Shown here: positions 1-7,652 of the stretch, in pieces
How positions within the stretch are numbered: position 1 is the stretch's first letter
How the letters are laid out: each line of letters opens with the position of its first letter
IMG/VR virus record: IMGVR_UViG_3300043468_001049
Length of the DNA: 64,000 nt
Source: an uncultured virus (IMG/VR IMGVR_UViG_3300043468_001049)
Lineage: Duplodnaviria; Heunggongvirae; Uroviricota; Caudoviricetes
Strand: one strand, 5' to 3'
Program-made: the position numbers and the translations under genes
The notes under the pieces: model-generated
Told to the model about the DNA's origin: nothing
The model's input: only the letters and a program-made list of their open reading frames with translations
The model's database searches: none

Positions 1-11
1 CATTTCGTAAG

Positions 12-296
12 ATGGACTGGTCTAATCCCGAACATCAACGAGCATTTTTGCAAGGATTATTCGGCGCATTTTCTAAAGGTGGTGGCTCTTTCTCGCATTC
101 CAGTGATGATTATGGTTCATATGTGATTCAATATCGTCGTCATGGAAGTTGGATTGATGGTCCAGGATCAAACGATGAGCGCATTGCTGAATCGATGTTC
201 GATAACTTCATTGCGAATGATCCACGTGGCGAAAATCGATGCCGTTTGGTTTATAAAGTCAATGGTCGTGTTGATCAAGTTTTGAGTGTGAATTGA
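12..296 (+). CDS. hypothetical protein (may extend upstream of the window)
   Basis: 94 aa ORF on the coding strand of the region; no recognised motif. Confidence 0.55.
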   Translation: MDWSNPEHQRAFLQGLFGAFSKGGGSFSHSSDDYGSYVIQYRRHGSWIDGPGSNDERIAESMFDNFIANDPRGENRCRLVYKVNGRVDQVLSVN

Positions 297-498
297 TGAA
301 TATCACAAAGATCATAATGTCGTTAGAACCAAAACAACAAACGTTCATCAATCGAAAATCTAACTTAACATTACAAAATCATTTGAGTACGATTCGCTCT
401 ATCGCGCATCACATGAGCAATAGAAAATTTAGAATCAACAAAATCTCACCAAGCATCTACACAAATAAGTGTGGTGCATTAATCACTCGAGTCAAATA

Positions 499-756
499 AT
501 GAATCGTCAATGGCGTCTTGCTGATAAAAACAATCATTACTATCATCAGTCTCACAATGGATTGATTGTAGGTCATGCATACAACGTTGTTCATACGATT
601 GTTTGGGGTGCAAAGATTCCAATCAATGCTGCTGAGGAATTGATCCTCGGTCAGTATGTTGAATTAGAATATGCTAAACGAGCAATTGAAGAGTATTGGG
701 AAGAGAAAGATCGAACATTAGAGGTTCCGCATGAATATCTTTTATCTAAATCGTGA
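499..756 (+). CDS. hypothetical protein
   Basis: ORF track 469..756; ATG at 499 (MNRQWRL) is the more plausible start; overlaps the next gene. Confidence 0.55.
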   Translation: MNRQWRLADKNNHYYHQSHNGLIVGHAYNVVHTIVWGAKIPINAAEELILGQYVELEYAKRAIEEYWEEKDRTLEVPHEYLLSKS

Positions 757-1279
757 TACAAAAGTCTGCGCTCAAGAGCATTGCGACAAACATGTCGTAA
801 AGATGATCGTTGAGTATGCGCAATTGATGTCAACTGCTCATCGCATTCTAGATGGCAATCACTATTTCGACAAAAGCAAAAATAATCGAAAGATTCATCG
901 CTGGAAGTTAGATCAGTATCGTGAAGGTACGATGTATCATGCAGTGAGTTGGAATCATCCCTCGGCTATTTGGGTTCGCGAGTCTTTCGATCACTATCAA
1001 TGGCTCTGGAATATGGCTTCTGAACTCTGTCAGGAATATCGTCATCGTTATGGTGGCGCAAATGATAAGCAGCACAAGTCCTCGCTAGTCATTCAGAAAC
1101 TCAGTTTTGCTCCTGATAACATTCCTCGAACTGGAATCTTTTCCGAGCCACCACAAGCCATGCCAGAGGATGTAAAGGTTCCTGGAGACTCGATCACTGC
1201 ATATAAAAACTATTATCGAGTCTACAAGAAACGTTTTGCTAAATGGACCAATCGCGAGGTTCCTTCGTGGTATAAATAA
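731..1279 (+). CDS. pyrimidine-dimer DNA glycosylase (DenV/endonuclease V-like) family protein
   Basis: N-terminal MNIFYL..CAQEHCDKHVVKMIVEYAQLMSTAHR, NHPSAIW and PQAMP..K motifs typical of this phage family. Confidence 0.75.
   Translation: MNIFYLNRDTKVCAQEHCDKHVVKMIVEYAQLMSTAHRILDGNHYFDKSKNNRKIHRWKLDQYREGTMYHAVSWNHPSAIWVRESFDHYQWLWNMASELCQEYRHRYGGANDKQHKSSLVIQKLSFAPDNIPRTGIFSEPPQAMPEDVKVPGDSITAYKNYYRVYKKRFAKWTNREVPSWYK
1271..1278 (+). promoter_or_regulatory. T4-type late promoter TATAAATA
   Basis: exact TATAAATA followed by AGAGG and ATG at 1284. Confidence 0.7.
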
Positions 1280-1283
1280 GAGG

Positions 1284-1901
1284 ATGAAGAAATTCCTCGA
1301 TTATCTACAAGAAGAAACCGCGAAAGCCCATGGGCTCCATGTATTCGACGTGGACGATACTCTTTTTCACACGACTGCCAAGATCCGTGTGATGAAGGGA
1401 AAGAAACAAGTCGCTTCTCTTTCTAATTCAGAATACAATACGCACAAACTTCCAGATGGTCATCACTATGACTTCTCGGAGTTTCGTTCTTCAGAAAAGT
1501 TCGATACTGAATCAAAACCAAATCAGCGTATGATTCAGAAGATGAAGCAATTGCACGACAAAACAAAGAAGGCTGGCGGCAAAGTCATTATCAATACCGC
1601 TCGCGCTGACTTCGACGATAAAGATCGTTTTCTAGATGCTTTCCGCAAGCACAAAGTCGACATTGATAATATTCATGTTCACCGTGCAGGTAATATGAAA
1701 ACTTCAGGCACTGTTGCTGATAAGAAAGCATCAATCATTCGCAATCAAATTCAAAAGGGAAATTATAAACATGTTTCTCTTTATGACGACAGCGAACAAA
1801 ATCTCAAGTCATTTTTAGATTTGAAGAAAGAATTTCCGCACATTAATTTTAATGCGCATCACGTGAAGCCAGATGGAAAGTCCAAACGTTACACTGGGTG
1901 A
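1284..1901 (+). CDS. HAD-superfamily phosphatase-like protein
   Basis: FDVDDTLF motif I, TAR motif II, YDD motif IV; start re-assigned to ATG 1284 after the RBS. Confidence 0.75.
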   Translation: MKKFLDYLQEETAKAHGLHVFDVDDTLFHTTAKIRVMKGKKQVASLSNSEYNTHKLPDGHHYDFSEFRSSEKFDTESKPNQRMIQKMKQLHDKTKKAGGKVIINTARADFDDKDRFLDAFRKHKVDIDNIHVHRAGNMKTSGTVADKKASIIRNQIQKGNYKHVSLYDDSEQNLKSFLDLKKEFPHINFNAHHVKPDGKSKRYTG

Positions 1902-1904
1902 TAT

Positions 1905-2234
1905 ATGCCAATTTATGAGTTTGTGAATACAAAGACAAAGAAACTTGAAGAACATTCAATGTCTATTTCTGCCTACGATCAGTTCAAGGCAGATAATCCG
2001 CATCTAGAAAGATATTACAGCGAACCACCATTGTATAGTTACAGTGGCACTGGTGATTTTGCAGGAAAGAAAACCGATAACACTTGGAAAGAAGTCATGA
2101 GCAAGATTGCTGAACAGAATCCTCGCTCGCCTCTTGCTGATAAAGTTTTGCGCAAGGACACCAAGCGCATTAAGACTGATCAAGTGTTAGAAAAGCATCG
2201 TAAAAAGCAAGCCGCTGCTCGAGCAGGGAAGTGA
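1905..2234 (+). CDS. conserved T4-like hypothetical protein (FmdB-like N-terminus)
   Basis: MPIYEF...NPHLER pattern often found upstream of phoH in T4-like phages. Confidence 0.6.
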   Translation: MPIYEFVNTKTKKLEEHSMSISAYDQFKADNPHLERYYSEPPLYSYSGTGDFAGKKTDNTWKEVMSKIAEQNPRSPLADKVLRKDTKRIKTDQVLEKHRKKQAAARAGK

Positions 2235-2241
2235 GGGGGTT

Positions 2242-2997
2242 TTGAGCAAGAAGAAAAATGGAAACACTAACACTTACATCGAAATAACGTCGGAAACTAC
2301 GGAGAAAAAGCCACCGCGAATCAAAGCAGCGGAATTGAAAAAGTTCGAACCACTCACACCAAATCAGGCAAAATTCTTTGAAGCCTATGCTCGTGGAGAT
2401 TACTTCACGATGCTCTGTGGTTCAGCAGGTACTGGTAAATCATTCATTGCATGTTACAAAGCAATTGAAGAAGTTCTTGATCGCTCATCACCATTTCATC
2501 GCATCGTGATTGTTCGCTCTGCTGTTCAGTCTCGTGATCTTGGATTCACTCCAGGATCCGTAGAAGAAAAGATGAGTTTGTATGAACAACCATATATGCA
2601 AATCTGTCATACGCTGTTTGGTCGTCGTGATGCATATGACGCAATGAAGGAATGCGGTCGTATTGAGTTTATCTCTACTAGTTTCATTCGTGGTATGAGT
2701 TTCGATGATGCTGTGATCATCGTCGACGAATGTCAGAATATGACTTGGGAAGAATTGACAACAATTATGACTCGTGTTGGTCATCGTTCTAAGATCATCT
2801 TCTGTGGCGATTACAAACAGACAGATTTATATCGCAATACCAAGGACAAGAGTGGACTTCGAAAGTTCCACGAAGTTGCCAAGACTATGAAGTCGTTCAC
2901 CAATATCGAGTTTACGACAGAGGATATCGTCCGCAGTAGTCTTGTCAAGGACTTCTTGATTGCTGTTGAGAAATACGAAAGACAAGAAAATACTTGA
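2242..2997 (+). CDS. phoH: PhoH-family ATPase
   Basis: GSAGTGKS Walker A, LGFTPG..EK, RGMSFD, IIVDECQN, TRVG, GDYKQTD motifs. Confidence 0.93.
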   Translation: MSKKKNGNTNTYIEITSETTEKKPPRIKAAELKKFEPLTPNQAKFFEAYARGDYFTMLCGSAGTGKSFIACYKAIEEVLDRSSPFHRIVIVRSAVQSRDLGFTPGSVEEKMSLYEQPYMQICHTLFGRRDAYDAMKECGRIEFISTSFIRGMSFDDAVIIVDECQNMTWEELTTIMTRVGHRSKIIFCGDYKQTDLYRNTKDKSGLRKFHEVAKTMKSFTNIEFTTEDIVRSSLVKDFLIAVEKYERQENT

Positions 2998-3022
2998 CTT
3001 TTACTTGACTTTGTTATACAAT
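2994..3022 (+). promoter_or_regulatory. sigma70-type promoter
   Basis: TTGACT(2994)-17 nt-TACAAT(3017). Confidence 0.65.
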
Positions 3023-3055
3023 AGACTATGTCGGTTTTGATAGAGATACTTTATA

Positions 3056-3742
3056 ATGTTTAACCATATACACCATGATTTCCCCAAACTCTTGCAAGAG
3101 AACGTCGACGGCACTCGCTGTTATGTAACACCAACAGGGGAAAAGTATCCTTCTGTCACGACAGTTCTTTCTGATTATGGGAAAGAAGCAATTCTAGAAT
3201 GGCGCAAGAGAGTCGGTGAAGCCAAAGCAAACGAAGTCTCTCGCAAAGCCACCACTCGAGGGACTAGCGTCCACAAAGCACTCGAGATGTATCTTAAGAA
3301 TGAGGACATCTCCTCTCTCGAAATGTTGCCGAACGTCAAGTCTCTTTTCGTTCGAATGAAGCAAGAAATAGATGCAAAGGTCAATAACATCCATTGCTTG
3401 GAAGATCGTTTGTTCTCTCACGAACTCAAACTTGCTGGAACCGTAGACTGTATTGCGGAACATAACGGCATTCTTTCTGTGATCGACTTTAAGACTTCCG
3501 TTCGCCTCAAGAAGAAAGAAAACATCGGCAACTACTTTATGCAAGCCGCTGCCTATCGCCAGATGTTCTACGAGATGACTGGTCTAGATGCCAAGCAAGT
3601 CATTATTCTGATTGGTGTTGATACGGCGAACTTTTGCCAAACTCTTGTCGTAAAAGAGGATGAGTTAGAACTCCACAAGCAAGAATTACTGAAATACATC
3701 GAGGCATATCGAACCAAGAATAATTTGCCCTTGCTTGCGTAA
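3056..3742 (+). CDS. PD-(D/E)xK exonuclease
   Basis: YPSVTTVL, RGTSVH, AGTVDCI, IDFKTS and Q..AY motifs; usual position after phoH. Confidence 0.85.
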   Translation: MFNHIHHDFPKLLQENVDGTRCYVTPTGEKYPSVTTVLSDYGKEAILEWRKRVGEAKANEVSRKATTRGTSVHKALEMYLKNEDISSLEMLPNVKSLFVRMKQEIDAKVNNIHCLEDRLFSHELKLAGTVDCIAEHNGILSVIDFKTSVRLKKKENIGNYFMQAAAYRQMFYEMTGLDAKQVIILIGVDTANFCQTLVVKEDELELHKQELLKYIEAYRTKNNLPLLA

Positions 3743-3753
3743 TGTAGTACAAT
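3725..3753 (+). promoter_or_regulatory. sigma70-type promoter
   Basis: TTGCCC(3725)-17 nt-TACAAT(3748); GGAG RBS before ATG 3777. Confidence 0.5.
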
Positions 3754-3776
3754 ATATCTGTCTTTTGGAGAATTAA

Positions 3777-4178
3777 ATGAAATGTATTCCTGTTATAATT
3801 GCAAGCCTTCTTCTTGGCTTCTCAAGCACCGTCGCAAACACCCAAAGTACGGAACAAGTGTTGGGTGCAATTGCTGGCGGCGCACTTGGCAGCACTATTG
3901 GAGACGGTGATGGGCAAAAGGCTGCTACAGTCATTGGAGCCATTATCGGTTATCGTATGGGTGAGCGTGTATTGCGTTCTGATGAACATCGTGATTTTAT
4001 GAGATTGGATCAAAATGATTTTCGTCGCTGGTGTCGTTCTGAAGTTCCGCATCGCTATGAGCAATATTCAAATCTTCGTGATCGATGGATTGCTGGATGC
4101 GTAACTCGTTTACAACGTCAACAACGCGAACTTGAAAGACAAGCATTTGAGGATGGATTAAATGGATCTGCCAATTAA
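3777..4178 (+). CDS. glycine-zipper (2TM) exported/membrane protein
   Basis: signal-like N-terminus; GAIAGGALGSTIGDGDGQKAATVIGAIIG. Confidence 0.75.
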   Translation: MKCIPVIIASLLLGFSSTVANTQSTEQVLGAIAGGALGSTIGDGDGQKAATVIGAIIGYRMGERVLRSDEHRDFMRLDQNDFRRWCRSEVPHRYEQYSNLRDRWIAGCVTRLQRQQRELERQAFEDGLNGSAN

Positions 4179-4326
4179 TATTGATGAATTGCGTGATGTT
4201 GTAATTGCTCTTCAAAAAGACAATCAACTTGAACTTGCTGATCGCCTCAAACTTGTTGAGCAATTAATTATCGAAGGCAAGCCATACAAGAAAATTCTTC
4301 GCGAAGAGTATGGGATTGTGGCGTGA
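4162..4326 (+). CDS. small hypothetical protein (54 aa, not in ORF track)
   Basis: MDLPINIDELRDVVIALQKDNQLELADRLKLVEQLIIEGKPYKKILREEYGIVA*; fills the gap and its stop overlaps the next start (GTGA). Confidence 0.65.
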   Translation: MDLPINIDELRDVVIALQKDNQLELADRLKLVEQLIIEGKPYKKILREEYGIVA

Positions 4327-4676
4327 CTTTTGATCAAATCATTTGGACGTTTTCCCTTTGGGCTTTTTTAATCGGAACTGTCTACGCTCTCACAGGATGG
4401 CAAAAAATTATTGATTGTTACCACATGTGGTTCACTCGAGAATATTGGAAGCCATATAATATTGTTGAGGCTGCAAGTTGGTTCGCAAAAGCAATCATTA
4501 TTATTCCTGGGCTCGTATTTGGAATACAAATCTGGTGGCTCTATTTTTTTGCTTTGCTAACTAGTTTGACATTGATTTGGGCATCAAATGAAAAACTTCT
4601 CCCAACATTGGTTGGATTTAACACTCTTTGGGTTTGGTTGGCAGTTGCAGTTATCGTACAAAATTTAATCAATTAA
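4323..4676 (+). CDS. multi-pass membrane protein
   Basis: 117 aa with several hydrophobic segments. Confidence 0.7.
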   Translation: MTFDQIIWTFSLWAFLIGTVYALTGWQKIIDCYHMWFTREYWKPYNIVEAASWFAKAIIIIPGLVFGIQIWWLYFFALLTSLTLIWASNEKLLPTLVGFNTLWVWLAVAVIVQNLIN

Positions 4677-4708
4677 TTTTACCTATCATTTCGATTAAAT
4701 TAATTTAT
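4672..4708 (+). promoter_or_regulatory. candidate OxyR (LysR-type) binding site
   Basis: ATTA-N7-CTAT-N7-ATTA-N7-TTAT, same spacing as the OxyR consensus ATAG-N7-CTAT-N7-ATAG-N7-CTAT, upstream of ahpC. Confidence 0.5.
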
Positions 4709-4796
4709 CGCAAAAACGATGAATTGTAGTAGCATTTTGCATATATACGTTTGTGTATAGGTTTCGTATAGGTTTTCATTATACAGGAGTTTGAAA

Positions 4797-5381
4797 ATGA
4801 ATAGAATGAAGACAGTTGGAGATAAGGTAAAGAATTTCGCAGTTACTGGTGTCAAGCCAGGAGCATTGACGCCAGATAATGCTTTTGAAACGATTACAGA
4901 TCTTTCTTTTGAAGGTAAGTGGAAGGTCGTTGTGTTTTATCCAAAGGACTTCACCTTTGTTTGCCCAACAGAAATCGTTGCCTATGATAAGTTGAATTCA
5001 GACTTTGCTGACCGCGATGCGGTTCTTTTGATCGGTTCAACAGACAACGAGTTCTGTAAGTTGGCATGGAAGAATGCTCACGAAGATCTAAAGAAAACCA
5101 CTTGCTGGTTCTTTGCTGATACAGCACGCGACCTTGAAGATGTTTGGGACGAAGATACACAAAGTCTGGTTCAACAACTTGGTGTATTCTACAAGCCAGC
5201 AGGTGCTGCTCTTCGTGCAACATTCATTGTCGATCCTGACAATATCATTCAGCATGTGACTGTGAATAATCTAAACGTCGGACGCAATCCAGAGGAAACA
5301 CTTCGTATCCTCGATGCTTTGCAGACGGGTGAACTTTGCCAGTGCAATCGTCAGGTTGGTGAAGCAACTCTCTCAAAATAA
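4797..5381 (+). CDS. ahpC: peroxiredoxin AhpC
   Basis: FYPKDFTFVCPTE peroxidatic motif, GRN..E.LR, C-terminal GELCQC; AGGAG RBS at 4785. Confidence 0.95.
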   Translation: MNRMKTVGDKVKNFAVTGVKPGALTPDNAFETITDLSFEGKWKVVVFYPKDFTFVCPTEIVAYDKLNSDFADRDAVLLIGSTDNEFCKLAWKNAHEDLKKTTCWFFADTARDLEDVWDEDTQSLVQQLGVFYKPAGAALRATFIVDPDNIIQHVTVNNLNVGRNPEETLRILDALQTGELCQCNRQVGEATLSK

Positions 5382-5396
5382 AGGAAAGAAACTTAA

Positions 5397-5645
5397 ATGA
5401 AAAAACTAATCATTGGATTGATGATGTTATCTGCGCCAGCGATGGCTCAAGATCGTGTGGCTCAGTATGACTTTGACAAGGACGGCAAAGTTTCATTTGA
5501 AGATGTAAATCGTTATTGCACAGTATCAAAGGGTCTCTTTGATCGTGCTGATAAGGATGGTGATGGCTTTTTAACAAATGCAGAAATGCGTCAAGCAAGA
5601 CGTTATTTGTTTGATCGCTGCATGGAAGTACCAAAGGACGCTTAA
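5397..5645 (+). CDS. exported EF-hand protein
   Basis: signal peptide (MKKLIIGLMMLSAPAMA); two EF-hand loops DFDKDGKVSFED and DKDGDGFLTNAE. Confidence 0.8.
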   Translation: MKKLIIGLMMLSAPAMAQDRVAQYDFDKDGKVSFEDVNRYCTVSKGLFDRADKDGDGFLTNAEMRQARRYLFDRCMEVPKDA

Positions 5646-5648
5646 TTT

Positions 5649-5801
5649 ATGTCTAACAAACAAGTCGATCATGTTTGCATTATTTGCGGATGGAAGTATG
5701 ACGGTAGATATGGAGATTGGGAAAGTTTAACTGATGACTTTGAATGTCCAGAATGTCGCTCAGAGAAAGACTTGTTTGAAGAGAAGGAGATAAAAGAATG
5801 A
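5649..5801 (+). CDS. rubredoxin (50 aa, not in ORF track)
   Basis: MSNKQVDHVCIICGWKYDGRYGDWESLTDDFECPECRSEKDLFEEKEIKE*: CxxCG.xY...W..L.DD..CPxC...K..F; stop overlaps the ahpD start (ATGA). Confidence 0.85.
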   Translation: MSNKQVDHVCIICGWKYDGRYGDWESLTDDFECPECRSEKDLFEEKEIKE

Positions 5802-6310
5802 ATTGGGTCAATGTAGTTAAAGAAGGTCTACCAGATTACGCAAAAGATACAAAGTTGAATCTTGATGCAGTGTTACTTCGCAGTTCCCTTGACCCATTGG
5901 TTGCGCAAGGATGCGCACTTGCAGCAGCATTTGCCGCAGGTAATTCTCGATTAGCAACAGCAATCGACGCAGAGTTCGAGGACCGTAAGGAAGCGGACGC
6001 TGCGTTGACTGCTGCTGCAATTATGGCTCAAAATAATGTTTGGTATCCATACGTTGAAATGGCTGATGATCCTGCGCTTAAAGGATTGCCTGCATTACTT
6101 CGTATGAATGGAATTATTAATCACGGTGGCACTTCAAAGGTCAATTTTGAAGCATATTCTCTCGCTGCCTCAATCGTAGGCAAATGCCACTTCTGTGTAA
6201 AGGCGCACTATGATACTCTCAAGAAAGAGGGTATGACAGTTGAGCAACTCCGCGACGTCGGTCGTATTGCTGCAGTTGTCAATTCAGTCGCAAAAGTTCT
6301 TGCTGGCTAA
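5798..6310 (+). CDS. ahpD: alkylhydroperoxidase AhpD
   Basis: LPDYAKD.KLNL, MAQNNVWY, E..SLAAS..GKCHFCVKAH. Confidence 0.92.
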   Translation: MNWVNVVKEGLPDYAKDTKLNLDAVLLRSSLDPLVAQGCALAAAFAAGNSRLATAIDAEFEDRKEADAALTAAAIMAQNNVWYPYVEMADDPALKGLPALLRMNGIINHGGTSKVNFEAYSLAASIVGKCHFCVKAHYDTLKKEGMTVEQLRDVGRIAAVVNSVAKVLAG

Positions 6311-6345
6311 ATAATACTACCTTTTTCTATTATTGGGAGTATAAT

Positions 6346-6504
6346 ATGTCTGAAGTGAAACAATATCCATGCGCATGCGGACGCAGTCCAACTGGCTATT
6401 GCGTTGGCTTGCATGCAATGACAACTGAGCAGTACAAGAGATATCTTGAGGAGCAGCAGAAGTCGTTGAATGAGCAAACCAAACCACAGTTTCTAATTGA
6501 CTAA
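6346..6504 (+). CDS. CDGSH-type Fe-S-binding-like small protein (52 aa, not in ORF track)
   Basis: MSEVKQYPCACGRSPTGYCVGLHAMTTEQY...: CxCxxS-x4-CxGxH; GGGAG RBS upstream. Confidence 0.7.
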   Translation: MSEVKQYPCACGRSPTGYCVGLHAMTTEQYKRYLEEQQKSLNEQTKPQFLID

Positions 6505-6515
6505 AGAATAATATT

Positions 6516-6665
6516 ATGAAGATTGAAGTGAATGAAAATACCGTTGAAGTGCATGTTGACAAAGAAGTCAGGAAAGAATTGACTGAACTCGGCATCGATG
6601 TTGACAAAGAAATTCAACAAGGTATTGAGCGGGGTTTGTCTGGACAAGTAATAGATCAAAAATAA
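6516..6665 (+). CDS. small hypothetical protein (49 aa, not in ORF track)
   Basis: MKIEVNENTVEVHVDKEVRKELTELGIDVDKEIQQGIERGLSGQVIDQK*; fills the gap before the tmRNA. Confidence 0.5.
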   Translation: MKIEVNENTVEVHVDKEVRKELTELGIDVDKEIQQGIERGLSGQVIDQK

Positions 6666-6975
6666 TGGTTGTAAACTGACAACTAAAGGTGTTCTGGACT
6701 CGGGTTCGACCCCCGACATCTCCACCAAATGCCCATCACCTCTGCAGTAATGTACGTGATGGCTATCTGACGGGGATGAATTTGGCTTCGACAGGGCAAG
6801 TAATAACCTGACAGCAACCAGTGAGGCGACTGACTCAATCAGCGCAAAAAACGTAAATGCAAACGATGATTCATTTACACCTATGGCTCTCGCTGCCTAA
6901 TAAGCACATTGAGTACAAAGAGTTGACCGCTCGGTAACAGAAAGGTCTGGGGTGGTGGTGCGAACCACCACCCTT
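6666..6975 (+). ncRNA. ssrA: tmRNA, circularly permuted two-piece gene; tag (A)ANDDSFTPMALAA
   Basis: T-arm TCGGG-TTCGACC-CCCGA plus CATCTCC-A-CCA ending at 6727 lies upstream of the 5' end GGGGATG at 6772; G3.U pair in the acceptor stem; tag ORF 6859-6900; outer ends approximate. Confidence 0.92.
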
Positions 6976-6981
6976 TTCTTT
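6950..6981 (+). terminator. rho-independent terminator
   Basis: GGGTGGTGGT-GCGA-ACCACCACCC followed by TTTTCTTT. Confidence 0.85.
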
Positions 6982-7007
6982 CCACTGCAATAATGGAGAC
7001 TCGAAAC

Positions 7008-7646
7008 ATGAATGCAGTAGATATATTACATAATGTTGAAAAATATTTTGATCGCAATCACAATTTGTTCTGTATGTGGGGTGGATTATTCTGCCTAATA
7101 TTTTTCGGAATCTTTATACCATACAGAATGTTAGCAATACAAGAAGCATCCCTGACTGCTCAACTGTCAGCATATCAAACTCAGAATACATATCTTGCTA
7201 CCCAAGTCAATGATATGTCTCGCGAGATGAAATTCTTGCAACTCAGTTATGACGAAAAGCAAAAAGTCATGCGAGAGGTCGATTGCCTTGCGAAGAACAT
7301 TTACTTCGAAGCAAAGGGCGAACCACGGGCTGGTAAAATTGCAGTTGCTGAAGTGACGATGAATCGCGTCAAGAGCAAGCAATTCCCTCGTTCTGTTTGT
7401 GGTGTCGTCTATCAAAAGACTAAAGGTACTTGCCAATTTTCTTGGGTGTGTGAAGGCAAGAAAGCAATTATCAATCGTGCGGCATGGAAAGAGTCCTTGC
7501 AAATTGCAGAGACTATATTGATTTTAGACAGGAAGTATGGTATAATTGGATCTGCAAAGTATTTTCACGCAGATTATGTTGATCCTTCTTGGGCAGAAAA
7601 GAAGAAATTGATTCGCAAGATTGGCAATCATATATTTTATCATTGA
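7008..7646 (+). CDS. SleB-like cell wall hydrolase (Hydrolase_2) with N-terminal TM segment and coiled coil
   Basis: CLAKNIYFEAKGE...AVAEVTMNRV...FP.SVCGVVYQ...CQFSW, YFHADYV, IGNHIFY; start 7008 follows GGAG (6993 also possible). Confidence 0.88.
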   Translation: MNAVDILHNVEKYFDRNHNLFCMWGGLFCLIFFGIFIPYRMLAIQEASLTAQLSAYQTQNTYLATQVNDMSREMKFLQLSYDEKQKVMREVDCLAKNIYFEAKGEPRAGKIAVAEVTMNRVKSKQFPRSVCGVVYQKTKGTCQFSWVCEGKKAIINRAAWKESLQIAETILILDRKYGIIGSAKYFHADYVDPSWAEKKKLIRKIGNHIFYH

Positions 7647-7652
7647 GGTTCT

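Noticed and set aside
293..499. 68-aa ORF from the track
   Set aside because: It may be real since it fills the gap, but it has no clear RBS or motif, so I did not call it
6690..6727. Stand-alone tRNA gene suggested by the T-arm and CCA
   Set aside because: There is no upstream acceptor strand or anticodon arm; the matching 5' strand lies downstream, which fits a permuted tmRNA
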